Notes: generated from the sequence alone by a model not told the origin. A stretch of DNA of 64,000 nt from an uncultured Bacteroidales bacterium (GCA_947175575.1 CAMWNG010000003.1:9796-73795); one strand, 5' to 3'. Shown: positions 27,843 through 38,234, counted from the first letter of the stretch. Program-made: numbers and translations.

Positions 27843-30275
27843 TCAGAATTCTACCGAAAGTCTCACATTGAACTGACGGCGGGTCAGATAATTAGGTACA
27901 GCGTATTGTATATTGTTAACGTCAGTCACCCAATAATACGAGCTGACGTTTGAAATGTCAAACAGGTTAAATACATCGAACCCGAGCCACATGCTCTTGA
28001 AATGAGACAGAAATCCGGATCTATGGTGTTCGGAATCGGCGGGAGTAACAAATCCGTAGCTCAGACCGATATCGACACGTTTATATGCCGGAGCACGGAA
28101 ATAACTTACGTCACGTCCGACGCGCGGGGCGGTGGTAGGGAGACCGTCGCTGAATATACCCTTGAGGCTGAATTTCAATCTTGGGAATTTCGGGAAATAA
28201 TCCGTGAAATATAAACCCAATGAATAACGACGGTCAGTTGGCCTGGGAACTTTTACACCGTTGAGATCCTCCTGAGTCTTCATAAGGGAGAAACTAAGCC
28301 AAGAGTCGCTGCCGGGCACAAACTGTCCGAACAGTTTGAAATCCATACCCATAGCGTATCCGCTTGAAGAGTTCACACCCGAATATGTGATTTTCAGATT
28401 ATCCACTTCAAATGGTATCAGGTTGCCGAGAGCCTTATAATACAATTCACCTGTAAGCTTGAACGGCCGGCCGAACGACCTGAATGTATAATCTGCCGCT
28501 CCTATGATCTGGAAGGAGCGTTGCGACTTGATATTGTCGTTCAATTCTATCACTGTATTTCCGGCAGCATCCTGTACAGGCATACGGTACTCCTTATAGA
28601 ACGGAGATTGATAATATAGCCCTGTGGCAAAACGGAAAGCCCATCTCGGAGCTTTATCAGGAACGAAACCCAGTGATATTCTGGGACTGAACAGAAACTC
28701 TTTGTTAAAAGACCAATAGCTCAGACGCACGCCGCCGTTGATGTTAAGATATCCCGCCGACGTCTGCAAACGCCAAGTGTCCTGAGCATAAAGAGCCATA
28801 CGGACAGAAGAAATATCATGATGAGAATCGAGATTATAGATGACACGGAGAGCATCTGGATCGTACGGCAATGAATAACCGGCGGAGTCACGCATCTCCC
28901 ATTCACGTGAACGGTCGGATATGTGTTCAGAATTGAAACTGAGGCCATAGTCGAGAGTGTGATTCGCCAGACCGGTAGAGCCTTTCAGAGCAATTGTCAT
29001 CACACTCGCTTTAAGACGGTTGCGAGCGTGTTCAAGATACTTTCCCACTCCGAGTTCGCCTCCGACAGAGCCTTCGCCGGATGAATCGCCGGATGTACCG
29101 GCCTGGTCAAGCCAATATTCACCGGAGATATCATAGGCCACAAGCTCATTGGTCAGGAATCCTGATGCAAGGAGAGAATATTCAGTCTTTTTCGATGGGT
29201 TATACTTTAGGGTCAAGGCACCGAACCATGTCTCGAAACGGTCTTTCTCCTGACCGTCGAAATAAACCTTGAATTGCTTGGCATCGGTGGATGTCCCGAA
29301 ATTGGTTGTACGGTTATGAGGAATGAACCTATAATTGTTAACGGCTATATTTCCCAAAAAATTGAGACTGACCTTATCACTGAACTTGTAGGTCATAGAA
29401 GTCTGATAATCAAAGAAACGGGGATCGTATTCACCCTTGTCATCCATTGAACTCAACAATGATGCGTTGCTTTTGTAACGGATGCCATGCAGTTGGGTGA
29501 ACCGCCGGGATGAGGAACCGAGTGTAAGACTGCCGCCCATAAAACTCAGGGCGGCCGCGCCTTCAAACGCTTCCGGCTGCCGGTATGTTATGTCAAGTAC
29601 ACTGGACATTTTGTCGCCGTACATGGCAGAAAAACCGCCGGTGGAAAAACCGATAGCACCTACCATATCCGGATTGATGATCGACAGGCCTTCCTGCTGT
29701 CCTGAGCTTACAAGCTGAGGTCGGTAGACTTCTATTCCGTTGATATACACCAGGTTTTCATCATATGTACCACCACGGACATTATATTGACTTGACATCT
29801 CGTTGCCGGAACTCACCCCGGCCATAGTGCCGAGCAGTCCTTCAACAGAACCACCGGTGGCGTCAGGAGCAAGGCGCGAGGCATTAGCGTCGATTTTCTG
29901 AATGGAGCCGGTCTGGCGTTGTATGTCAGTAACCTCTACACCTTGAAGAGCGTAAGATTTAGGTTGCATCTTGACATTGAGCGTCACGTCTGAATCCGGA
30001 GAGATAAGCCGGCGTTTTGCATCCTCATATCCGATACAGGAAAAAATAACCTTTATAGTATCCTGAACGGGTGCCTGGATCGTATATTTGCCGTCGAGAC
30101 CGCTTGTCGCACCTATGAGTGTGCCATCAATACGCACGGAAACAAATTCCAGAGGTTCGTTGTTTTCATCAGTCACGAGTCCCCGGATCTTTATGCCGGC
30201 GGCGTAGGAGGCTAAAAAGGAAATTATGAAGAGAAATGTGAGGAGAAAATATCTGAGTCGGTTCATTGCTGTCAT
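27843..30275 (-). CDS. TonB-dependent receptor with N-terminal carboxypeptidase-regulatory-like domain
   Basis: CarbopepD_reg-like segment (IRGLVTDENNEPLEFVSVRIDGT), plug region, long beta-barrel and terminal F. An alternative ATG lies 3 codons in. Confidence 0.85.
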   Translation of the reverse strand: MTAMNRLRYFLLTFLFIISFLASYAAGIKIRGLVTDENNEPLEFVSVRIDGTLIGATSGLDGKYTIQAPVQDTIKVIFSCIGYEDAKRRLISPDSDVTLNVKMQPKSYALQGVEVTDIQRQTGSIQKIDANASRLAPDATGGSVEGLLGTMAGVSSGNEMSSQYNVRGGTYDENLVYINGIEVYRPQLVSSGQQEGLSIINPDMVGAIGFSTGGFSAMYGDKMSSVLDITYRQPEAFEGAAALSFMGGSLTLGSSSRRFTQLHGIRYKSNASLLSSMDDKGEYDPRFFDYQTSMTYKFSDKVSLNFLGNIAVNNYRFIPHNRTTNFGTSTDAKQFKVYFDGQEKDRFETWFGALTLKYNPSKKTEYSLLASGFLTNELVAYDISGEYWLDQAGTSGDSSGEGSVGGELGVGKYLEHARNRLKASVMTIALKGSTGLANHTLDYGLSFNSEHISDRSREWEMRDSAGYSLPYDPDALRVIYNLDSHHDISSVRMALYAQDTWRLQTSAGYLNINGGVRLSYWSFNKEFLFSPRISLGFVPDKAPRWAFRFATGLYYQSPFYKEYRMPVQDAAGNTVIELNDNIKSQRSFQIIGAADYTFRSFGRPFKLTGELYYKALGNLIPFEVDNLKITYSGVNSSSGYAMGMDFKLFGQFVPGSDSWLSFSLMKTQEDLNGVKVPRPTDRRYSLGLYFTDYFPKFPRLKFSLKGIFSDGLPTTAPRVGRDVSYFRAPAYKRVDIGLSYGFVTPADSEHHRSGFLSHFKSMWLGFDVFNLFDISNVSSYYWVTDVNNIQYAVPNYLTRRQFNVRLSVEF

Positions 30276-30316
30276 AAATATAGATATATAACGTGATGAA
30301 CCCTCCTTTTATTGCC

Positions 30317-31219
30317 TTATAACTTCTTGCGGCGGAACACGAAGTTGCGCCCGAGATATTTCTCACGCACTATCGGATTTTCCGCCAGTTCTTCCGATGT
30401 ACCCTGGAAAAGGATGCGTCCTTCGAAAAGCAGATATGAGCGGTCGGTGATGGAAAGAATTTCCGGAGCGTTATGGTCGGTTATGAGAATACCGATATTC
30501 TTTTCCTTCAGGCGGTACACAACACGTTGTATGTCCTCAACGGCTACCGGATCGACGCCTGCGAAAGGTTCGTCGAGCATTATGAATTTCGGATCTATGG
30601 CCAGACATCGGGCAATCTCAGTGCGACGACGTTCACCGCCGGAAAGGTTTTCACCAAGGTTTTTGCGTACTTCTCCGAGATTGAATTCCTCGATAAGACT
30701 CTCGAGCTTTTCTTTTTGATATTCTTTCGATTTTCCGGTGAGCTGAAGGATAGTGCGAATATTATCCTCTACCGTCATTTTGCGAAAGACTGACGCATCT
30801 TGGGCAAGATAACCGATACCATTCTGGGCGCGCTTGTAAACCGGAAATTTCGTGATATCCTTGTCATTCAGAAAGATTCGGCCTTCGTTAGGTGTTATCA
30901 GACCGGTGGTCATATAGAAAGTAGTGGTCTTGCCGGCACCGTTGGGCCCGAGAAGCCCGACAATCTCGCCCTGACGCACATTGATAGATACATGATTTGC
31001 CACGGTACGTTTTCCGTACCGTTTCACCAGATTGTCGGTACGAAGTACCATCGGGCCTTCATCGTCTGACGATAGCGTTTCAGAACCCGGAACAGCCTCG
31101 GTTTCTGTGTCATCGGCGACAACCTGCCGGCTTATGTCAGCTTCTGGAAACTCGAGAATCGACGGAGTTTCCTGTCCCTGCTCTCCGCGGTTTCTGTCAA
31201 GTCGGAATTGAATACCCAT
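30317..31219 (-). CDS. lptB: LPS export ABC transporter ATP-binding protein, with possible 56-aa acidic N-terminal extension
   Basis: Walker A GPNGAGKTT, signature LSGGERRR and a typical LptB tail. The canonical-looking start MVLRTDNLVKRYG is the ATG at 31049-31051. The longest ORF starts at 31219, 2 nt after the udk stop codon. Confidence 0.85.
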   Translation of the reverse strand: MGIQFRLDRNRGEQGQETPSILEFPEADISRQVVADDTETEAVPGSETLSSDDEGPMVLRTDNLVKRYGKRTVANHVSINVRQGEIVGLLGPNGAGKTTTFYMTTGLITPNEGRIFLNDKDITKFPVYKRAQNGIGYLAQDASVFRKMTVEDNIRTILQLTGKSKEYQKEKLESLIEEFNLGEVRKNLGENLSGGERRRTEIARCLAIDPKFIMLDEPFAGVDPVAVEDIQRVVYRLKEKNIGILITDHNAPEILSITDRSYLLFEGRILFQGTSEELAENPIVREKYLGRNFVFRRKKL

Positions 31220-31221
31220 TA

Positions 31222-31842
31222 TTATGCTTTATTCTTCCGCAGACGGCTTTCGATATAATCGGTAAGCAGGTTTATCGCTACTGTGTTTGAGCCGCCCTGC
31301 GGAACTATGAGATCAGCGAAGTCCTTACAGGGTGCAATATACCGGTTATGCATTGGTTTGAGGACATTCTCGTATCTGTCGATAACCATCTGCGGCGTAC
31401 GGCCACGTTCGATACAGTCGCGTGCTATGACACGTATAAGTCTGTCGTCGGCATCAGCATCGACAAAGACTTTCACATCCATCATCTGACGCAACACCGG
31501 ATCGGTAAGTACCAGAATACCCTCGACAATCACCACATCGGCCGGTTTTACAGGTACAGTTTCGGGTTGCCGGGTACATGTAAGATAAGAATAAGTCGGC
31601 ATTTCAATTGCTTTGCCTTCGCGCAACTGTCTGAGATGATCGACAAGCAATGTCCATTCGATGGCGTCAGGTTCGTCAAAATTAATCTTACTGCGCTCCT
31701 CCACAGGCACATGACTCGAATCCTTGTAATATGAGTCCTGAGGAATGACAGCCACCTCGCCGGAGGGGAACGAGTTTATTATCTTATTGACAACTGTGGT
31801 CTTACCGGAACCGGTGCCACCTGCTATACCAATTATTATCAT
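31222..31842 (-). CDS. udk: uridine kinase
   Basis: P-loop start MIIIGIAGGTGSGKTT, 206 aa. Confidence 0.92.
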   Translation of the reverse strand: MIIIGIAGGTGSGKTTVVNKIINSFPSGEVAVIPQDSYYKDSSHVPVEERSKINFDEPDAIEWTLLVDHLRQLREGKAIEMPTYSYLTCTRQPETVPVKPADVVIVEGILVLTDPVLRQMMDVKVFVDADADDRLIRVIARDCIERGRTPQMVIDRYENVLKPMHNRYIAPCKDFADLIVPQGGSNTVAINLLTDYIESRLRKNKA

Positions 31843-32032
31843 ACCGATCGTATTGTGTCTGATTTCTCCGCGAAGTTAGTAAAATTTACCGAAGTCACCA
31901 AAACAGCGGTATTAATATTTAATAAAATCTTCACAAGCCGGCTATATTGGCACATTACGAGCCAAATTTGGCATATTTGGACAAATCAAGATTTTTTAAG
32001 AGTCTGAGAGCCTTTGTCTGAACTTTTTGATG

Positions 32033-32040
32033 TATCTTTG
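32033..32040 (+). promoter_or_regulatory. -7 promoter box (TATCTTTG) for mlaEF-holB
   Basis: Exact TAnnTTTG match 65 nt upstream of the ATG at 32105. Confidence 0.4.
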
Positions 32041-32104
32041 CATTCAATAAAAGAGCGTAGCGGCAAATCCGCTCGTTATAAATCCAAACATTTCAGTACA
32101 CTTT

Positions 32105-32854
32105 ATGCTGATCACAAATTCGCTGGCCACTTTCGGCCGATACTGCATATTCATGCGACGCGTGTTCGCGCTGCCGGAACGCTGGCGCATCTTCATGCGG
32201 CGCACCATACAGGAAGTTGGTAAGCTCGGATTAGATTCCATTCCGCTCGTAATTGTCATTTCGATTTTCATCGGTGCCGTTATCGCTATCCAGATGCAGT
32301 TGAACATTTCATCTCCGCTTATACCCGCATATTCCACGGGACTCGCGACACGAGACATCGTTCTGCTGGAGTTCTCCAACTCGATTTTATGCCTAATTCT
32401 GGCAGGCAAGGTCGGATCTAACATCGCCTCAGAAATCGGTACGATGCGCGTCACCGAGCAGATTGACGCCCTTGAAATCATGGGCGTGAACTCGGCTAAC
32501 TTCCTTGTCCTTCCAAAGATTGTCGGATTTGTATTGTTCATGCCTGTGCTGGTGGTGCTTTGTATGGCCACATCGCTCATAGGCGGTTACCTTGTAGCAT
32601 TGTTTACTGATATAATCACCGTAAGCAAGTATGTTTACGGCCTCCAGGCTCTGTTTACCGAATGGTATGTATGGTACGGACTTATAAAAAGTTTCGTCTT
32701 TGCTTTCATAATAGCTTCGGTAGCATCATTTTACGGTTATTATGTTAAAGGAGGCGCCCTGGACGTAGGCAAGGCCTCGACCGACGGTGTGGTAGCCTCA
32801 AGTATCCTTATCCTGCTGTTTGACGTTATTCTCACTAAACTCCTGCTGCAATGA
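32105..32854 (+). CDS. mlaE: MlaE-family ABC transporter permease
   Basis: 249-aa polytopic protein with LATRDIV...EIGTMRVTEQIDALE, the MlaE/Ttg2B signature. Confidence 0.85.
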   Translation: MLITNSLATFGRYCIFMRRVFALPERWRIFMRRTIQEVGKLGLDSIPLVIVISIFIGAVIAIQMQLNISSPLIPAYSTGLATRDIVLLEFSNSILCLILAGKVGSNIASEIGTMRVTEQIDALEIMGVNSANFLVLPKIVGFVLFMPVLVVLCMATSLIGGYLVALFTDIITVSKYVYGLQALFTEWYVWYGLIKSFVFAFIIASVASFYGYYVKGGALDVGKASTDGVVASSILILLFDVILTKLLLQ

Positions 32855-33636
32855 TCGAGGTTAAAAATGTCATAAAAGCGTTTGACGGCCGTACTGTCCT
32901 TCATGATGTAAGCGCAACATTCTATACCGGAAAGACCAATCTCATCATTGGTCAGAGCGGATCGGGCAAGACGGTGATGATGAAAAGTCTTGTCGGACTT
33001 ATTCAGCCTGATTCAGGTGAAATTCTGTTCGACGGTCGTAATCTGTTGAAAATGGATACGGGTCAGGTGCACGAACTGCGGAAAGAAATCGGCATGCTCT
33101 TCCAGGGCTCAGCTCTTTTCGATTCGGAAACTGTGCTCGGGAATGTCATGTTTCCGCTGCAGATGTTTACACGCCAGAGTTTCGATGAAATGCGTGAACG
33201 TGCCATGTTCTGTCTTGACCGCGTGAATCTCAAGGGGGCCGAAGACAAATATCCCTCCGAGATTTCAGGCGGCATGCAGAAACGTGTAGCTATCGCTCGC
33301 GCAATCGCTCTTAATCCGAAATATCTCTTCTGTGACGAACCCAACTCCGGCCTCGACCCCAAGACCTCGATCGTAATAGATGAGCTGCTAAGCGACATCA
33401 CCCATGAGTACAATATCACTACGGTAATCAACACACATGATATGAACTCCGTACTCGGTATCGGCGAAAATATAATTTTCTTAAACAAAGGACATCGCGA
33501 ATGGGTGGGTGATATGAGCCAGATATACGATACCGCCAATGAGGCGTTGAACAATTTCGTATTCGCCACCCACTTGTTCCAGAAAGTCCGTGAATACGTT
33601 GTGAAGAACGAGACGCCAATACCTCCGGAGAAATGA
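32851..33636 (+). CDS. mlaF: ABC transporter ATP-binding protein (MlaF-like)
   Basis: Walker A GQSGSGKT, signature SGGMQKRV, Walker B LFCDEP. Overlaps the mlaE stop. Confidence 0.85.
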   Translation: MIEVKNVIKAFDGRTVLHDVSATFYTGKTNLIIGQSGSGKTVMMKSLVGLIQPDSGEILFDGRNLLKMDTGQVHELRKEIGMLFQGSALFDSETVLGNVMFPLQMFTRQSFDEMRERAMFCLDRVNLKGAEDKYPSEISGGMQKRVAIARAIALNPKYLFCDEPNSGLDPKTSIVIDELLSDITHEYNITTVINTHDMNSVLGIGENIIFLNKGHREWVGDMSQIYDTANEALNNFVFATHLFQKVREYVVKNETPIPPEK

Positions 33637-34772
33637 GATTCGCAGACATTCCGGGACATCAGGAAATAAAACGACGCCTGCGCGCTATGGCCGACACAGG
33701 CCATATTCCGCACGCGTTGCTCCTCGAAGGCCCAGCAGGAGTCGGAAAATTCGCTCTGGCCCGCGCTTTTGCGCAGTATATACATTGCACTGACCGTACC
33801 CCCGACGGGGATTCATGCGGCAGATGTCCGTCATGTCTGCAACATCAGAGCTTCAACAATATCGACACATTCTATACTTTCCCTGTGGTGAAACGCGGCA
33901 CTGCCGGTCTCAGCACAGACTGGCTTCCGGAATTCAGGCAGTTTCTTACCGACTCTCCCTTCATGGACAGCGATCGGTGGCCGTCGTTGCTGGGCAACGT
34001 GAACGCCCAGCCGTTGATTTATGTGGAGGAAGCGTCCGCGCTCGTTTCGCGACTGAACGTGGCCGCTCGCCAGTCGGCCTATAAAATTGTGCTGTTATGG
34101 CAACCTGAACGGCTCGGAGAGGCAACTGCCAACAAATTACTGAAACTCATCGAGGAGCCCTACTCTGACACGCTCTTCATCATGACATCCGACAATCCGG
34201 AGGCGATTCTTCCAACAATCTATTCCAGAACCCAGAGGATTTCCGTCAGGGCTTATTCGCCTGCTGAAATAGTTGACATACTCTCGTCTCAATTCGCCAT
34301 AGACCGCGAATCGGCAACCATTGCCGCCGATCTGGCAGACGGGAACGTCAACGCCGCTTTACGCATGGTGAGCGTGGACAAGGACAAGTCGCGCTATCTG
34401 GATCTGTTCATGTCTTTGATGCGGCTTGCCTGGACGAGGAAGGTAAAGGAACTTCGTGACTGGAGTAACGATGTCGCGGCTCAAGGGCGCGAAGACTCCA
34501 TCCGGTTTTATGACTACTGCGCGAGAATGATACGCGAAAACTTCATTCTCAATCTCGGACACGCCGACCTGAATATGCTCACGGATGAAGAACTCACTTT
34601 CAGCCGACGCTTTTCCCCTTATATAAATATATATAATGTGGAAGATATCTTCCGGTTGCTCACCGAGGCAAGAAATGATGTCGCACGCAACACAAACGGC
34701 AAAATAGTCGCGTTCGACCTCGCTATAAAAATGATATTGCTTATAAAAAGAGGTGTGGAGGCTCCAAAATAA
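33633..34772 (+). CDS. holB: DNA polymerase III subunit delta'
   Basis: HALLLEGPAGVGKFALARAF, a Zn-module CGRCPSC, and SRTQ sensor motif. Confidence 0.8.
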   Translation: MRFADIPGHQEIKRRLRAMADTGHIPHALLLEGPAGVGKFALARAFAQYIHCTDRTPDGDSCGRCPSCLQHQSFNNIDTFYTFPVVKRGTAGLSTDWLPEFRQFLTDSPFMDSDRWPSLLGNVNAQPLIYVEEASALVSRLNVAARQSAYKIVLLWQPERLGEATANKLLKLIEEPYSDTLFIMTSDNPEAILPTIYSRTQRISVRAYSPAEIVDILSSQFAIDRESATIAADLADGNVNAALRMVSVDKDKSRYLDLFMSLMRLAWTRKVKELRDWSNDVAAQGREDSIRFYDYCARMIRENFILNLGHADLNMLTDEELTFSRRFSPYINIYNVEDIFRLLTEARNDVARNTNGKIVAFDLAIKMILLIKRGVEAPK

Positions 34773-34946
34773 TTTTACTCACGAACAATAAACCCCGACA
34801 CACCTCGTTATTATTTCATAGTTTGCACTGTACGCGCGCTCTTAGATGTGTAACAGACGCATTTGAGGCCTGAAGCGTGCCGGGCATGACGTTTTCATAA
34901 ACTGATCATTTGACAAGTTAATCTTATTTAGCAAGTTAATACCTAC

Positions 34947-36863
34947 ATGAAAAAGCAATTTTTCACCGCAGCAGCCATCAGTGCCACTCTTCTGGCTATT
35001 ACCGCGCAAAAGCCCGATCCCGTGCTCATGACTGTCAACGGAAAAGACGTCAAGCTGAGCGAGTTCGAGTATCTCTATAACAAAAACAACGCTCAGCAGG
35101 TTGAACCTCAGACCATTGACCAATACGTCGACATGTTCATAGATTATAAGCTCAAAGTGGCCGATGCTGAAGCGCACGGACTCGACACCACCGAAGCTTT
35201 CGTAAAAGAATATGCACAGTTCACCAACGAACTGTCAGCACCATATCTCATTGACCGCGAAGCACTTGACTCACTCGTCCGGCAGCAATACAGCCATATG
35301 GAACGTGAATTACTGGTGTCACACATTATGGTCAACGACTCCCGCGCCGAATTTCTTGATTCCATCCGCACTGAAATATTAAACGGCAACATCACTTTCG
35401 AAGATGCAGCACGCGAATATTCCATAGACAAACCTTCAGCTGTGCGTGGAGGTCTGATGGGCATGGTACTCCCGGGACAATACCCCTGGGCTTTCGAAGA
35501 AGCCTCTTATGCAACCGCTCCCGGTGCTATCTCACCCGTAATTAATTCGGGATTCGGCAATCACATCATTCGTGTGGAAAAATCCACTCCGGCACGAGGG
35601 GAAGTGCGCGCAGCACATATTCTCCGTACCACGCGCGGCCTCTCGGACTCTGCCGCCATGGTTCAGAAACAGCTCATCGATTCCATTTACGCTGTCGTAA
35701 AAGCTGATCCAGACAAATTCACCGCAATGGCGGAAGAATTCAGTGAAGATCCCGGCTCCGCAAAACGTGGCGGTGATCTCGACTGGTTCCGCTCCGGTGC
35801 TATGGTCGCCGAATTCGACTCCGTCGCTTTCGCAATTCCGGTAGGTTCCATTTCCGAGCCGTTCACCACAGCGTTCGGTTGGCATATCATCAAGAAAAAC
35901 GATGCACGCGGCATCGGCACTCTCGAAGAAAACCGCACCAAAATCGAACAGACACTTACCGCGACTGAACGTGGCGCCCAACCTCGTATTTCCTTTATCA
36001 ACAAGATCGCAAAAGCGCACAACGGACGTGTCCTCACAGAAAATATAAAGAACCTTCCCGGAGTCGGACAGTCCGCTACCGTGCGCCTTGACAGCGCCCT
36101 TATAGCTGAATTTGCAAAAAGCGATATTCCACTCGTGGTCATCGAGGATAAAGTGTTCACTCTGGGCGATATTGCCAAACGCATGCGGCCCGGACATCTT
36201 CGCGGCTATCAGTCTGTCGAAACTCAAGTGACCCGCGACGCCCGCGCGCTTCTTACAGAAAAAGCCACGGATATCGCCCGCGAGGATCTGATGAAAACCA
36301 ATCCTGATTACGCCAATCTCATCAATGAGTATCGCGATGGTATTCTTCTTTTCGAGATTTCCAATACGAACGTATGGGACAAAGCATCCAAAGATAAGGA
36401 TGGCCTTGAGAAGTTCTTCAAAGCCAACCGAAAGAAATATGCGTGGGATACACCCAAATTCAAGTCTTACGTGATATTCGCCCCGACAGATTCACTCCTT
36501 TCCGAGGCTATGAACTATGCCTCGACACTTTCGCCCGACATTCAAAAGGAACAGCTCGTGGATCTCATGCGCGAAAAATTCGGACGCGATATAAAAGTCG
36601 AGAAAGTTATTGCCGCCAAAGGCGACAACAAGATCACGGATTACCTTGCATTCGGAGGCCCCCGTCCCGAAGCCGATAACGCCCGTTGGAGTTCCTATGC
36701 TGCTCTTTTCGGTCGCATCATTCCCGCCCCTGAAGAGGCAGCGGACGTCCGTGGAGCCGCTGTAGCGGACTATCAGGCCAAACTTGAACAGGAGTGGTTG
36801 CGTCAGCTTCACAAGCGCTATAAAGTACAGCTCAATAAAGACGTGCTTAAACTTGCCCGCTGA
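34947..36863 (+). CDS. peptidylprolyl isomerase with two parvulin (PpiC) domains, SurA-like
   Basis: Signal peptide. Two rotamase segments (VSHIMV...GNHIIRVE and AAHIL...FGWHIIKK). Confidence 0.8.
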   Translation: MKKQFFTAAAISATLLAITAQKPDPVLMTVNGKDVKLSEFEYLYNKNNAQQVEPQTIDQYVDMFIDYKLKVADAEAHGLDTTEAFVKEYAQFTNELSAPYLIDREALDSLVRQQYSHMERELLVSHIMVNDSRAEFLDSIRTEILNGNITFEDAAREYSIDKPSAVRGGLMGMVLPGQYPWAFEEASYATAPGAISPVINSGFGNHIIRVEKSTPARGEVRAAHILRTTRGLSDSAAMVQKQLIDSIYAVVKADPDKFTAMAEEFSEDPGSAKRGGDLDWFRSGAMVAEFDSVAFAIPVGSISEPFTTAFGWHIIKKNDARGIGTLEENRTKIEQTLTATERGAQPRISFINKIAKAHNGRVLTENIKNLPGVGQSATVRLDSALIAEFAKSDIPLVVIEDKVFTLGDIAKRMRPGHLRGYQSVETQVTRDARALLTEKATDIAREDLMKTNPDYANLINEYRDGILLFEISNTNVWDKASKDKDGLEKFFKANRKKYAWDTPKFKSYVIFAPTDSLLSEAMNYASTLSPDIQKEQLVDLMREKFGRDIKVEKVIAAKGDNKITDYLAFGGPRPEADNARWSSYAALFGRIIPAPEEAADVRGAAVADYQAKLEQEWLRQLHKRYKVQLNKDVLKLAR

Positions 36864-37741
36864 TGACATACAACATAATATATAATAACCGTCAGGCAGC
36901 CCGTGGCTGGCTGACGGTTATTCTTTTAGTCATGCTTCTCGGAAGCTGCTCGTCAGATGTTCCCGCCACACCTGAAAGCGTGCTTGTGCAGATCGGCTCC
37001 CATACTCTAACCCGCGAAGACATGGCAAAAGTCACCCCGGCCGGACTTTCGGCGGAGGACTCCGCAAAATTCGTAAAGGCATATGCCACTAAGTGGATCG
37101 ATGAAAATCTCGTCAATGAAATTGCTTCCGGCGAAGTTGACATTGAACGTATTGACAACCTTGTGGCTGAATACCGCCGAGAACTCATACTCAGAGAGTA
37201 CACTGACCGGATGTACCGACAGAACGCCTCCGAACTTCCGGAAGACTCTCTCCGCTCATTTTACGATTCACACCCTGATCTTTTCCGACTTGCCCAACCC
37301 ATGCTCCGCGGAACATACATAAAAATTGACGCTACCGCTCCGAATTTAAGGCGTATCAGACGGCTCTATTCATCCGACAAACCCGAAGATGCCGATATGC
37401 TTGAAAAAGAACTTCTGTCTGATGCTATCCATTACGACTATTTCAGAGACCAATGGGTGCCATGGGATCAGATCGAGAATCGCATACCTTATGATTTCGG
37501 CACCAATCCATATCTGTGGCCAGCCAAAGGACGACACCTCGACTTCTCCCAAAACGGCAACACATACCTTCTTTACATCTCCGATATCATACCGGTCGGA
37601 CAAATAGCGCCATACGAAGCTGCACGCCCGGATATCGTCACACGTATGCTCAATGCCGAAAGATCGAAATTCCAGACCGAGCTGCTTCGCGAACTTTTGC
37701 AAAAGGCCGTGAATGACAAACGTGCGGTTATAAACATTTAA
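36863..37741 (+). CDS. lipoprotein, SurA/PpiD-like chaperone with degenerate or absent parvulin domain
   Basis: Lipobox LLGSC. The region after the lipobox resembles the SurA N-terminal domain. The ATG overlaps the stop of the preceding PPIase gene. Confidence 0.55.
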   Translation: MTYNIIYNNRQAARGWLTVILLVMLLGSCSSDVPATPESVLVQIGSHTLTREDMAKVTPAGLSAEDSAKFVKAYATKWIDENLVNEIASGEVDIERIDNLVAEYRRELILREYTDRMYRQNASELPEDSLRSFYDSHPDLFRLAQPMLRGTYIKIDATAPNLRRIRRLYSSDKPEDADMLEKELLSDAIHYDYFRDQWVPWDQIENRIPYDFGTNPYLWPAKGRHLDFSQNGNTYLLYISDIIPVGQIAPYEAARPDIVTRMLNAERSKFQTELLRELLQKAVNDKRAVINI

Positions 37742-37795
37742 CTAAATTTAACCCACTGTCATCTGTCTGTTTTTGGCCGGCTCGGCGAAAAGCAG

Positions 37796-37803
37796 TACCT
37801 TTG
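37796..37803 (+). promoter_or_regulatory. -7 promoter box (TACCTTTG) for rpsF-rpsR-rplI
   Basis: Exact TAnnTTTG match 63 nt upstream of the rpsF ATG. Confidence 0.5.
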
Positions 37804-37865
37804 CACCGGAAATTCCGAAAGTATGGGTTTTCCTCAAAATAATCATTAATCCAACTCATTTAACA

Positions 37866-38234
37866 ATGCAGTACGAAACCGTTTTCATTTTAACTCCCGT
37901 TTTGTCTGATGCCCAGATGAAGGAAGCGGTAGAAAAGTTCAGCAAAGTTCTCACCGACAACGGTGCAAACATTGTGAACACCGAAGAATGGGGAATGCGC
38001 AAGCTCGCCTACCCCATCGACAAGAAGTCATCCGGCTTCTACACTCTGATCGAATTCGAAGGCGAACCCACCATCGTCCGCAAGCTTGAAACAGCTTTCC
38101 GTCGCGACGAACGCGTACTTCGTTTCCTCACATTCCGTCAGGACAAATACGCCGCTGAATATGCCGCTAAGCGTCGCTCTCTCAAAGCCGCTAAAGCCGC
38201 TGAAGTTAAACCCGCTGAAGCAAAGGAGGACTAA
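37866..38234 (+). CDS. rpsF: 30S ribosomal protein S6
   Basis: [15 protein letters not shown] is the canonical S6 start. The track ORF begins at an upstream TTG that would include the promoter. Confidence 0.95.
   Translation: MQYETVFILTPVLSDAQMKEAVEKFSKVLTDNGANIVNTEEWGMRKLAYPIDKKSSGFYTLIEFEGEPTIVRKLETAFRRDERVLRFLTFRQDKYAAEYAAKRRSLKAAKAAEVKPAEAKED

Noticed and set aside
31948-31962. Sigma-54-type promoter (tggcac-N5-..gc, GG-N10-GC spacing) upstream of mlaE.
   Set aside because: The -12 element reads gagc rather than TTGC. A standard TAnnTTTG box exists closer to mlaE, and no enhancer-binding-protein gene is nearby. It is kept only as part of the palindrome observation.
32044-32580. 178-aa minus-strand ORF overlapping mlaE.
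   Set aside because: It is antisense to a well-supported MlaE permease, with no recognisable motifs.
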